Origin: Vitrella brassicaformis CCMP3155
Taxonomy: Eukaryota > Protista > Chromerida
Direction of reading: 5' to 3'
NCBI GenBank assembly: GCA_001179505.1
Contig: CDMY01000351.1
Coordinates: forward strand, 41,913 to 105,912
Length of the DNA stretch: 64,000 bases
The first letter of the stretch is position 1. Each line of letters starts with the position of its first letter. The translations under genes and the position numbers were made by a program. The notes below the pieces were generated by a model. It was not told where the DNA came from. It was given only the letters and a program-made list of their open reading frames with translations, and searched no databases. Positions 1 through 12,600 of this stretch are shown here, in pieces.

Positions 1-1186
1 GGTCATCCTCCCTCGCCACTCACCATTTGTTTCGGTGACGGTGTCGGCTGCCGTGACTGCTTCTGGTGGTGGTGGTAGGGTGGTGGGGGGAATGGGGGCG
101 GTGGCGGGGAGCTCCTCCTCCGGAGCAGCTGCCGCACAGACATAGACACACCGACACATGTCGCTGCGGCCCCTGCTGGCGGTCCACTGAGGCGAGAGGT
201 GCGGCGCCCGTCCGCCACAGACGTCTTCATCCTCCTCCATGCCCTCGGCCATGGCCTCGTCGATGTCCTCGTCGTAGGCGTCGGTGTCCATGTCGTCAAA
301 ATCGTCTTCATCTTCCGACTCGTCCAGCTCCTCCTGCCCCTCGTCGATGCGCTCCCTGACCCCCGGCAGCGGCACATCCACCCGCCGCACCTCCCGGCTC
401 TCATCCCCCGTCCGCTCCTTCTTCTCACGCTCCCGCGGCACCGGCACCCAGCCGATCACCTCGGCCTGGTCACGAGACCGCAGGACGGGCAGCGCTTCCA
501 AGGGGTCCTCGTCAGCGGCCATCGACACGCCGTCGTCGTCGAACCTCAGCAGCCGCCGGGTGGGGATGGGCAACACTGGGACAGGCTGGTGCTGCCGCGA
601 GAAGGACCTCGATGATGACCGGGGGGATCTCCGCTTCTTCTGCGTCGGGCTGAAGCCCAAAATGCTGAGGGGAGAGGGCACGGGGGCGGCCTCTGGGATG
701 ACCGAGTTGATGACGGCCGTGGTCAATGGGGAGGCCAGCGGGGTGTCGGTGCTGGCCGTCCGGGTGCGCTTGGCCTGTGGGTGGGGATGAGGGTGTGGGT
801 GTGGGTGTGGGTGCTGAGTGTGGCGGTAGGTGTAGGGGGTGGATGGGGCGTAGGACATGGAAGGGGAGGTGCCCGGCGTGAAGCTGGCCGGCACGGAGGA
901 CGGGAAGGTGTCGATGCTGACGTCACTCGCCGCATAGGTGGGGTGCGACGCTGTGAACGTTGCAACAGATACCACACCACCACAAGCACACACACACAGA
1001 ACAGACCACCGTTTGTGCGGCCACTTCGACGGGCTGCTGTGTGTTTCCCTCTCACTCACCTTCCGACACAGTGGACGCCCTTGTGGTTCGTGTGATGGAG
1101 GGGTGTGGCCGGGCGACGGCGAGGGGCAGCTCGGTGTGCGCCCTCTTGCCCCTCAGCCAGCCCCACACGCCGCCGTGACTCGCCAT
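1..1186 (-). CDS. Hypothetical spliced protein (Ser/Pro/His-rich, acidic tract), 3' end runs off the window
   Basis: ATG at 1186 (MASHGGVWGWLRGK...), GT donor near 1060, then a long open exon (~970 to ~170) reading ...TYRHTQHPHPHPHPQAKRTRT...DEDDFDDMDTDAYDEDIDE. No recognisable domain. Confidence 0.6.
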
Positions 1187-1498
1187 CTCCTGCAAGCGCC
1201 GGACAGTACACCTGCACCTCCTCTACAGGCAACTCACAACTCGCTCGTCGAGCACAGGCGACAAGCCAGCGGGATCTCGTCTCGCGTGGGTCACTGTGAG
1301 GTCAGTGCGCGCCGTGCGCCTCCGCATCGCGGCCGCGCCGCATCTCCAGAGCCCAGGAGATAAACGGTCGAAGGTCAAACGGCTAAGCTCGCAACCGAGC
1401 GAAAGGGAAAGTGCATGTGGAGCGTGCGTGGGTGATTCCTGTTGCGTGCCGTCGTTTGATTGTGCATGAAAGACATGGGACTTGGCCGTCAGGCCGCT

Positions 1499-1525
1499 TA
1501 GGACATTCTGTGAAACCGCTCTCTC
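1499..1525 (+). promoter_or_regulatory. Recurrent 27-bp upstream motif, copy 1 (TAGGACATTCTGTGAAACCGCTCTCTC)
   Basis: 26/27 identical to 42463-42489 and related to 59000-59022. Ends about 30 nt before the ATG at 1556, in a divergent intergenic region. Confidence 0.5.
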
Positions 1526-1555
1526 AGCGAAAGGGAAAGGAGGCTGGAGGGTCCC

Positions 1556-4500
1556 ATGGCGCCTCAATCGTCCCACTGGACAGAGCAGAAAGGCGAAGTC
1601 GTGAGATCTGTCGCCACAGACGCCGACGCGTTCAGGGGCAGCAAGGCTGGCGTGCACACGCGGCGGCGTGGGCTGAGGTTGACGGCCCTGGGCTCCTTGC
1701 TGTCGATCGAGAAGCACTGGAAGGCGCTGTGTGGCGCGTTCGTGGAGATCTTCCTGCCTACAGGATTTCCCCACACCGTCTGTGCAGACTACCTCCCATA
1801 TCAGGTACGTGCGGTGGTGCGCATACGCACTCTCTCTCTCTCCACACACACACACGCGAAGACACTCCATGCAATGAGATGAGTGCATGATTTCTTTCGG
1901 TTTGTTTGTCAGGTGTGGGATTCCTGCCAGGCCTTCTGCTCGACTGTGACGGGCCTGTTGGCGTCGCAGTCGGTGTTGCGGATTGTGGGTGTGGGGGACG
2001 CTGCGGCCACTGCCTCGAGCGCCGTGCTGGTGTGGGTCATGCGAGACGGATTCGGGATGGTGGGGAGAATCGCATTCTCCTGGCAGGTAGGCATGGCAAG
2101 GCACACCTGAGTCCCTTGCGACCATTGCACTGCAGACAGACGCGTGTGTGTGTCGTGTTGTTTGTGTGGCCGGCCGTTTAGTGGTGCAACCAACTGGATC
2201 TCAACGCCAAGACATGGCGGTGCGCTCATTCATTCATTCAGTTGAACTAAAAGAAAGAGGCAGTGAAGTGAAAGGGCGAGCGAGGGATCTATGTCTGTCT
2301 GTCTGTCTGGTGCGGTGCAGGTTCATGGCTGACATCCTGAACGATGCCGGGATGACTCTCGAGCTGCTGACACCGCCACGCACCTCGCCGCTGTTCATGC
2401 CCACCCTCTGTGGGGCCACGCTGTGCAAGGCCGTCTGTGGCGTGGCCGGGGGGGCAACGCGCGCGGCACTCACTCTCCATTTCTCCGTGGCAGACAATGC
2501 CGCAGGTGAGCTGAGCAAGACGGAGGGAGGGAGGGAGGGATCGAGATTCGATTCACACGGATGTATGTGTGTGTGTGATTGTTCGTTGTGTGTAGACGTG
2601 AGTGCCAAGGACGGCTCGCAGGAGACCCTGGTCAATCTGCTGGGGATGATCGTCGGTACGCATCGCATGCACACACACACGTCAGTCACGTCACAGGTGC
2701 ATGCCATGGTGCGGTGCACACACAGTGGCATGACACAGCACAGTAAACGTCAGGTCAGTGTCCTTTCTTTCTTCTGTCTGTGTGTTTCTGTGTGATGTGT
2801 GACTGCTTACCTTACCCACCTAGGTTCCTACATCATCAAGTCGATAGAGGAGGACCCCTTCTTTGTGAGGCTGCTCTTTGCTGTGTTCACCGCCCTGCAC
2901 CTGCTCTTCAACTACCTGTGCGCAACACACACACCACACCACACCATTCGCACAGAGACAAACACGAAACAGGCACCAATTGGGTGATGTGTGTGTGTCA
3001 ATTGCGTCCATCTGTCAGGGCTGTCCGCTCTGTGGTCATGACGACGTTCAACTATCAACGGTTCATGATAGCTGCTGGATGGTCAGTAATTAGGCCGCAC
3101 ACCGATTCGCCTCCGAATCTTCACCCACCCTCCCCTCTCCCTCCTCCCTCTCCCTCTGTGTCTGTCTGTCTGTGTCTGTCTGTCTGCTTCAGCTTTCTGC
3201 AGACGGGCCACGTGCCGTCGCCGGAGACAGTGGCCATCCATGAGAAGCTCTTCTGGCCAGTGGAGGCACCCCTCATCGAAATGGTCGTCAAGACCTTCAT
3301 CGGCCTCCTGTCGATGCTGCCCAAGGCCGACCGTTGGGCGGGGTATGCTCTGGTGGGTCGGGGCGACGACAACCACAACCACAACAGGCACAGCAAGGAG
3401 AGGGCGCGGCGCGTGGCGTGGCGGTTGCTGAACAAGGAGAGGGAGAGCGGGCTGGCAGGAGGGTTCATGTACGGCGGATCCATCAAGGACGCCATCGACA
3501 GAGCGCATGACCGGAACAGAAGTGAGCAACCCACCGACGACCGACAGACGCAGATTCTTCTCTCTCCTCTTTTGTCTTTTTGTCTTCGTGTTTGTGTGTG
3601 GCAATGGTTGTTCAGTCCAATCGTGGCTGGAGGAGTGGACTGCACATGTGCCCTCACCCTCGCCCTCTTTCCTCTACCTCCCACACATGCGTCGCTCCAT
3701 CATTCCGTCGCCGTGCGGCCCGTCCATCAAGACATACGCACTCGCCACACAGAGGCCAAAACAGTAAGGAAAAGCAAAAGAGAGAGAGAGAGGGTGGGAG
3801 GGTCACCATGCTGATCTGACCATTGTGTCGTGCAGCGGTCGTTTCCGCGCCCCTCCACCCCCTCAGTCGTCTGCCAGCAGTTCTCCTGTGTCCAGCTACC
3901 ACGGCAGCGACACGCACAGCCCGACGAAAGAGGCCATCCCGGCGCCTCTGCCACCCGTATTCTTCCACGCCTGTAAGAAGAGAAGACAAGAACAGAGCGA
4001 CGGCGTTGATGGGGGCTGCTTTCGTACGCATCTGTGTGCTTACGTGTGTGTGCAGGTGTGCTGCACAGGTTGGCTGTGGGTGCTGTGTCTGCCCTGGACG
4101 ACGGCGCCAAGGGCCAGGACGGCGGGGTCATCAGAATGGGATGGCTGACACACGCACAAGTAAGTCACCCGTACACCACACCATCTGCGCGCGCACATCA
4201 ATCCAACCACTACCTTCCCTGCTGTGCCACATCCCTCCCTCATGCAGCGGCTGGACACCCTCCGCCGCATCCGTGCCATCTCCCTTTCCCTGCTCACCGG
4301 CGACCAGCACCCCCTCCCCCCCACACCCCCGTCCCGCCCCACACCCGCACCCAGCCAGTCGAGCACAGCCACGCACACCCAAACCCAAGACGAGATGTCA
4401 TCCCACATGTCGATAGCCATTACCGGTGGGGCGCGTGGGGACTGGCGCGCCGCCATGGGTGCATTTGTGACGAAGGCGGAGCAGGCCAGGTGGAACCTTG

Positions 4501-4683
4501 GTACGCAAAGCCTTCTTGATGGACGAGGAGAGAGAGCAAGAGCGCATGCCGTGGGCACGGTTGTGTGATTGGTTGTGTGTGGCTGTGCTGTGGTGTGCAG
4601 GTACGATGTTGATAGAGGACCATGGGTGGACGCTGATGCGCGCAGAGGGGGAGGAGGGGGCAGGGGCAGCACGGAGGGGATGA
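1556..4683 (+). CDS. ROOT UVB SENSITIVE / RUSF1 (C16orf58, DUF647) family protein, multi-exon
   Basis: Spliced translation carries family motifs: FLPTGFPHTVCADYLPYQVWDSCQAFCSTVTGLLASQSVL, WVMRDGFGMVGRI, WRFMADILNDAGMTLELL, VAGGATRAALTLHF, NAADVSAKDGSQETLVNLLG, LHLLFNY-AVRSV. Ends ...GAARRG-TGA at 4683. Confidence 0.9.
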
Positions 4684-5085
4684 CTGATCTGACTGACGAC
4701 CTGACATTGGTTGATTTGAGACACAGTGTGCGAACATTCTGCCAGAGGATATTCATTGCCCATCCACGAGTTGGAGTTAGACATTGTGAGCACTACAAGA
4801 TAGTGCGCACACAATGTCTTCCTTCAGCTCTTGGAGGAGTAATGGTTTCCTCTGCATTGACTAAAGCCGGCGGCCCGGAAAAGCATCCTAAACAAGGATC
4901 GCCCTCAGTTTCGCGAGCCGCAATGGTAATTCTGTGTTTCGTGTTGCTGGCGTCCTTCTCCATCCTCCTCGACTCCGAGCTCGCCCACTGCATCGTCCTC
5001 ATGACCACCACCTTCCTCTCCGCCACACCACCCCAGATCTCCTCATACTAACCCACCCATCCGTCCGTCAGCCGAACGAACGGCC

Positions 5086-8000
5086 ATGGAGGGCGACAGC
5101 ACGAGCCCAGAGCCTCCGCAGGGCAACCCAGACGCCGATGAGACCCCAGACAACGGAGAGAATGGAGCAGAGGAGAGGGAAAGGGATGACGGTGGTGAGA
5201 GGGAGGCGCCGGCGCCTCCAGCAGTGCGTCGTCGTGCGGCTCGGCACACCGTGGGCGCGGCTGCGTCTGTACGGGGTGTGGCGCTGAGCCCGCGGCCCGA
5301 TGGGCTGCTCAAGGGACAGCCGGGGCCGTACAAGGCTCTCAACCCAGGTAATTAGTCAGCGGAAGGAAGCGACGAGCTACGTCTGCAGTGCTGGATGGAT
5401 GGATGGCGGATGATGTGGTGCAGATTTGTTGGAGGCTGAGAGCTTCCCGTTAGACGACTTGAAGAAGATCTGCTCATTCCTGAAAATGGACGTACGAGAG
5501 GGAAAGACAGACAGACAGACATGCACTGCAGTGAGGACCATCAGTGTGTGTCTGGTGTGTGTGTTGGTGCAGACGGACGGGACGGAGGTGAGTCTGCTGA
5601 AGCGCATCAAGGCCCAGCACTCATCCGACAAAGTCCCTAGAACCACCGTACGTAAGACACACAGAGATAGATGGCAATCTGATCTGCCCGTCCATCACTG
5701 TATGTATCCCCCATTGCAGGTAGATCCCCGTCTCTGGGACCAGTTGATGAAGGACGACAGCCACCCCAACTCCGCACCATCCCAACAGCAGCAACAGCAG
5801 CAGCCCAACCGGATTGGTGCTGGTGCGGGTGCGGGGGGAAGGGGCTCGTTCGGCGGCCGGCTGGTGTTCGGCGGGCAGGGCCGTGGGAGGCGGTCGGTGG
5901 CGGGGAGTGGCCGGGCTGGCAGGCGGGCCGCGGCCGTCAACAGGGACAATGACGATGACGTCGTCATGGGTCAGACAGACAGATGAGATGGATGGCGAGG
6001 GGAGGGGCAGGGGCTGGGGAGGGAGGGAGTTGTCTGGTCACTGTGTGTATGTGTGTGGTGTGGTGTGTATGGTGTGTGGCGTGGCGTAGATGACCCTTTG
6101 CCGCTGCCGCAGAACCTCCACCTGCTGCCGCTGGAGGGACTAGACCTATCGCACGAAATCACCACGCCATGTGGTCGGCTTGACGTGACCACACACGCAC
6201 ACTCAGACACGGGCAACGACCGATCCCGATGTGTGTGTGTGTGTGTATGTGTGTGTGTCAGAGGTGCGCGTGGGTTCGACTAGCGACGTAGAGATGGAGG
6301 GCAGCCAGGACGGCCCCGACGCCGCCATTGCCGCCAAACAGAGTATCCTCAGGTAAGGGACACAAACAGACAGACCCATACGCACACCGTACACTCTCAT
6401 GTTAGGCAAACAAATCCGTCTCTGTCTGCTGCGTGTCTGTCTCTGTGTGTCCTTCAGACGCCGCAAGGGAGACTCCCCGCTCATACAGAGGGACAAACGT
6501 AGGAAGCCAACACCACCACCACCACCACCAAAACACACACTCTCCCCACTCCCTGTCTCCTGCGCGAGTATCAGCCCTCCCCGGTCCTGGCAACGTCCGC
6601 GGCGGCCCCAGCAAGGGTCGTCCCGAGGCCATCCTGGACATCATCGGCATCAGCGGCACATACGACCACCCCTACATACCCAAACGGGAGAGGGACCAGT
6701 ACGGCCTGCCGGGCAGGCCCAAGGAGATGCTCGTCTACCAGACCATCACCGAGATGAGCTGCCTTAGGAAGGACCATGGCGAAATGGTCAGAGAGAATGG
6801 CAAAAGCAATTGGGCAAAAGGGGAGGATCGGAGAGAGCAGAGGGGCTCATGCATTTGTCTGTCTGTCTGTGTGGGATGGGCGTTCGGCCACCTGATCAAT
6901 CAGAGTGTGGAGGAGTTGCGCTATGAGGATTACCTGCTGACGGGCGAGATGGACGTCAAGGCTCTCGAGCCTGTGCCGCCGATCGCCGTCCCCGCTTTAG
7001 ACTTCAACCGACACGACCAGGATGACCACAATATCGACGCACCCTCACCCTCACCCCCCTCGCCGCCCCCTGTAAGCAGCTCAGACAGACAGACAGACCA
7101 TCCTCCGTGTCTGTCTGTCTGTCTGTCTGTCAGGCGGCGGTAGCTGGGGGTGGTGTGGGTGATGTGGGCACTCCCCCTCCAGTGGCTGCTGGCTGTGTGG
7201 CTGTGGGTGTTGGTGTGGGGAGCAGCAGCGGGACCTCTGACGACGCCGACGAGTTTCACTCATGCCAGGAGGAGTCAGGAGAGGGCGAGGGGGACGGCGG
7301 CACACCGGTGCCCGCCATACCTAAGGACAAGGACGGCAGTACTACGGACAGAGGTGACTGACGAGAGACAGACAGGAGGAGGGAGGGAGGGAGGCAGGAA
7401 CAGAGTTGCGTGTTGGTTGCTTTGTGTTCAGGTGGTGCTGCTGCAGCAGCGGGCACTAAGTGCGTCCGCTTCGGCGATGTGGTCGTCATAGAGAGAGGCA
7501 GAGGACCGGCCAGTCAGGATTCCAGCAGCCCGAGCAGCGGCAGCGGCGACGGCACATCAGGCAACCACCGCCATCACCCCCTCTCCCCTCCCCCAGCAGC
7601 AGTACCAGCCACACCGCCCCTTCCCGGCCCACAAACCTCACCCTCTCAGGACGGCCAGGGCCCGCTCCGCACGCCGCCCCCCGACACGACCACACAGAAT
7701 GGCACACAGGATGACGGCGATGGGGAGGGCGATGGGGATGTCTTCCCTGACGGCGCCCCCTCAGAGGACGACAAGCGCCGCACTCAAGGTGGCACGCCTA
7801 ATCCTGTCGTCAAGAAACGCACACGCATCGTGGCCGAGCAACAGCAGCAGGAGCAGGAGCAGGAAGAGCACCAGCAGGAGGGAGAGGGAGAGGGAGATGG
7901 TGTAGGGGATAATGGTGACTCGGGTGGTGTTGGTGTTGGTGTGAGGGTGTCTGTGCCTGGGCTGAAGCGCGCGATGGTGTTCAAGCTCAGCAAGGAGGGC

Positions 8001-8766
8001 ATGCTGCACGAGCTAGAGGAGGGAGAGAGCAGGGAGGCAATAGGTGCGTGGCACCACACACCATCACATCAAGGGCGGTTAGCTGTCCTTTCACTCTCCT
8101 GCTTCATCTCTCTGTCTGTGTGTCTCTCTCAGCTGCCACCGTCCGCGGCCCCATCCCGACGCTTTACGAGGCGTCGGGCTTCGAGCGTCGGCGGCAGGCC
8201 ATGGCCGTGTGGTCGTCGCACATGGGGGACCTCCCCCAGTCGCCGCCCCAGAGGAGCCGGTCGCCCCACAACCGACGCGCCACACTCATGGGCACACCCA
8301 CACCTCAACCTCTATCGCCCAGACGGGGTCAGTCAGTGTGTTCAGCAGATACGCTGCCTGCCTGAGGCCTCCCTCTCACCCACCCACTCTCTCTCTGTGT
8401 GTGTGTCTCTGTGTGTGTGTGGTTGTGTGTGTGTGTAGGTGTGAAGCGGTCGCATCCTTCGCCCAGCCCCGACGAGGACGATCAGGCTGGCGAAGAAGCC
8501 ATGGCGGATGAGGTTGGTGGTGGTGGTGGTGGTTGTGGTGAGGATGAGGTGGAGTCCCCGCCACGCAAGAGGGCCAAGAAGGACAGGAGCGTCCGGTTCT
8601 CGCCCATCAATGAGGTTGGTATGCATTGCTTGCAAGAGAGGAAGACAGACAGACATGGATTGCATTGCAGGGACTATGTTGGGTCGCATGTCATGTGTGG
8701 TGTGCACTGCAGGTTCAGATCATGGATAAGGAGGGGATGTTCCGCCAGTGGAGCCCCAACGGATGA
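5086..8766 (+). CDS. Large low-complexity nuclear protein with SAP-like domain, GLEBS-like motif and C-terminal RVxF motif
   Basis: Spliced segments PLDDLKKICSFLKMD|TDGTEVSLLKRIKAQH (SAP-like), HPYIPKRERD...YQTITEMSCLRKDHGEM|SVEELRYEDY (GLEBS-like) and KRAKKDRSVRFSPINE|VQIMD...SPNG-TGA. Acidic and Pro-rich linkers. The 3' end is uncertain. Confidence 0.6.
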
Positions 8767-9699
8767 GACAGACGAGTGAGCACCGAGGCTGGACTGGCGG
8801 ACGGGCCACGCCACGCCACGCCGCGCCACGCCTCTCCTCCCATACTGACAGATAGCCACCCGCCCACAAAGCCATCTAGACATCTAGACACACACACACA
8901 CACACACGCACACACACACGCACACACGTCACTTCACACATGTGGATCGGATCGACCAGGAAGGGAAGGTTGTGGGCCAGGTCCGTGTGAGTGAGTCGTA
9001 TCTATCGCACATTACATTGCACGCAGGGAGCCCTGGACGGTCGCCAGAATTCATGCGTGTCTGGCATGCACATCTATCCCATACACACATCAGCAAAGGA
9101 TCGTCGTTGTTTGTCTGTCTGTCTGCCTGGCTGGCTGCCTTTGTGTTCGAGTGCAGTTTGGGGCAGGCGGGCAGGCGGGCACGCAGGCTCTGGGTGGGGA
9201 ACAAACAAGGCTTGTCTGTGTTCTGTGTGTCTCGTTGTCCTCCTGGTCTGCCCTCTTGCTTTGCAAGAAAAGGCCAGACACACACACACACGCACCCGAC
9301 CCCACCCGAAGCCACCCCATCAGGGCGCCCGCCTGCCTCCTCTGTGTGTCCGTTGCGTTGCCTTTCGGTTCATTGCTGCCTGCCTGGACGCGTGTGTGTA
9401 GAGAGTTTGGCTGGCTGGCTGCCTTGTGTGTGGTTGCAAACGTTGATCGGGAGGGACATGGTCGATTCGACGAACAGATGGATGAACAGATGGATGGATG
9501 GAAGGATGGATGAGTGAATGAGCTGTCGGTCGGCCGTCGACACCATCATACACACGAAATGTCATGGAGTCGACACGCAGCCTCCCACCAGTCAGCCACA
9601 CGAGCCACCGAGAGTGTCTATTCACAGGCAGTTAGGCAGGAGAAGGCCTCCGCTGTCAAAGAGTCTGGCCTCGCTGTACACGTCATCCATTCACGCGTC

Positions 9700-12600
9700 A
9701 CCTGCCTGCAGACACTGAGCTCACGTCGTACTCACTCACAAGCAGCCGCCGACAAACATCCTCACAAACCTCCCCGTCAGATCAGCGGCCTCGCCACTGA
9801 TATCCCCGCTGCCATGGCACTGCCCCCCTCGCGCGTCGCACAGCATTGCGAGCGAGTCGAGGAGGGTGGCGAGGGACGACTGCGCTGACTCTGACGCATC
9901 CTCGTCCCAGAACGGGGGCACAGGAAGGGCGTGGTTGCCGTCGGTGTCCTCAAGGGCTGATGTCTCCTGAAGACGTAACACGCCATTCCATATTCACCGT
10001 GTGTGTGTGTGTGGGTGTCGGTACCTACCTCTTCAGGTGCTTCGCCATCTCCATTGCCCTTCATGATTTCGCCGCAGAATGGGATGACCTTCTTCCGTCG
10101 CTGTACCGCTGCCCCGTTGCCGCCGCCATTGCCACCCAACACGTCAGCCACACTTTCCAGCAAATGGATGAAATAGCCCCATTTGGGAAATGACGCATCG
10201 ATGCCATCAGAGAGGAACGTGACGGACGCTTTGGGCTGAGACAGCCGAGTGGCCTCCGACCGGAGACGGTCGCTGAGGCCCTTCCACTCCTTGCGAGACA
10301 CCACCAGACGGGAAATCACTGGGCTGCTTCCACCGCCCAGCACCACACAGGTCAGCACGGCTCGGGTAGAGGGAGACACGCTCCGCTCAGTGACATCCAT
10401 GAAGGTCGCAGGCGACCACCTGAAGAGCACCTGCGCTTCTCCCTCCTCAGTGAGTCCCTCGGTCTCTTCGTCTGTGTCCATTAGTCGGGGGAGGGAGGGG
10501 AGCTTGTATGTGTTAGGCAGGGCGGCGAGCAGGGACAGGTGCAGCTGGTCGGTGAGCAGGCGGAGTGGGCCGTCGAGGGAGTGGAAGAGGGAGTCCTCGC
10601 GACGGACCGATTGCAAAGTCATCTGCACATTCAGCGCTGTCAGGCCTGAATCCACACCGCATAGAAACAAGCGAGCCGTGCGTGCGATGGACGAGACATG
10701 CATACTCACCTGTGGCCCCATTGGCGTACGGCAGACCTCCCTCCTCTCCCTGCCTCGCGAGAGCGATGGGTAGGTCACTCCGCACCACCGGCGGCACCTT
10801 CGACGCATCTATCGCCCCGCCCCCTGCGCACTCCGCCACTCTCAACTCGGCGGCCCCCAGCTCGGCTGACGCCTTCATCAGCTCAACCACGCACACCAGT
10901 GCGGCGGGGTGCTCCCTGATGGGATGGAAATACGCCATCAGGCTGCGCACCCCTTCGCTGAAGAGGCGGTGGGTGAGGGCGGTGTCTCCGCTGGCGAAGG
11001 TCTGGGTGAGATGGAGACATGCGACGGTGACATTGAAGAGCTTGACGGCGTCGGGGGGTGGGCGAGGAGAGAGAAGGCGGTCACATTTGAGCAGCAGGGT
11101 GACACCAAAGACATACAGATACCCCACGTGGAAGGCGTCGGAGAGGCTGCACAGCCGGCTGAGGGCCTCCGTGATGTGGAATCTCGCCTCATCCAGCCTT
11201 GCCGTCTCCATCAGCCGCTCGGCCAACATCAGTTCGGCGTGCACTCGCAGCAGCTGGTGGGGCACATAGCGGCTCTGCGGCACCCTGCTGTCGTTGGCAG
11301 AGCGGCTTTCCTCTCCCTCCTCCCCATTCCCCTCCTCTGCCCTCAGAATGCCCTCGCCCATCTCCTGCTTCTCCAGCCACTGGGCCAGGAGGGATGGCGG
11401 GGGAGGGATGATGGGAAGACCAGTGGGCTCAGTGGGCAGCTCCTTTGGTGCGGCAGAGCGTAGAGGGATGTGCTGGTTTATGTCGAGCGGGTGCAGGTCG
11501 AAGCCGAACGAGCGGATGTTGCCGTCGAGGCTCTTCATGGCCGCATCCATGTGCTGGATCAGGAAAACCTGTCTCCTCTCCCAAGCCTCCCTCGTCTCGC
11601 CGATGTCAGTCCATCCCTGTGGCGGCCTTTCTGCCTTCGTGCTGACCTTCTTCATCTCCCCGAACGACGCTTTTCTCGGCTGAATGGTCTTGTGTCTCTC
11701 GCTCTTGTCTGTCAGAGTGGCGCCCTTGCCTCCTCTCTCCCCCCTCTCCCCCCTCTCGAGCACTCCAGGCGCTTGTATCACCACCGCACATAGCAGCAGG
11801 CGCAGGTAAGCCACAGGGGGGTATGCCTGATGCATCCCCTCCACCCGCCCCAACACGTCCTTCGCCGTCACGCAGGCCTCCAAGAGCTCGCCCTTGAGCA
11901 TCAGCATCTGGCACTTCGCCACGGCAATGTCCACGCGGCTCAATGGGTCATCAAACCCACTTGGTGCGGACGCAGAGACCGTCTGTGTGGCCTTTGGCGG
12001 CGGGGGGTGGGGCAGTGTGGCGAGGGCGGTGGTGCGCTCGGGTGATGGGAAGCGGTGGGAGGGTACGGGCGGTGCGGATGGAGGGGGGGCGTCCGCTTCT
12101 CGTTGTGCATGCTGTATGTGTGTGTTGAGGGCGCTGAGTCGGCCCTGGCGATAGAGCAGGTGCAGCAGATGGCAGCGCAGACGGAGCCACACCTGAGCAG
12201 GCAAGTACACAGACACGGAGGGAGGGACACATCACACGGGTCATGCATGGCTGTCTGTCGAGGAAAGATCGATCACCTTGACATCCGGCCCCTTTCTCAT
12301 TTGTCTCTTGGCCTTGCTGGTGTCACTGACGCTGGCGGCCTTGGATGACGCCGCCACTGCCGAGCCGCCCCCGCCCTCTCTCGGGCTGGCCTGGAGGCTG
12401 CCTGCGCTCTCGCCCTGCTTGGTTGCCTGCGGCTTGAAGGTCTGCATGGCCGCCAGCAGGTGCGCCACGGCTGCAGAGAGGGAGCCACGGCACTCCTCCA
12501 CTCGGGCCAGAGACCGATAGATGCTAATAAGCAAATCTGACTCGTCGGCGCTGCATCGCGTTGCACGACGCATAAAGGCACAGGACACACACATGACATG

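Noticed and set aside
8942-9520. Separate gene between the SAP/GLEBS gene and CFAP54 (ORF 8942-9517)
   Set aside because: Mostly microsatellite-rich intron-like sequence. A few short exon-like pieces may be extra 3' exons of the upstream gene, but I could not build a consistent model.
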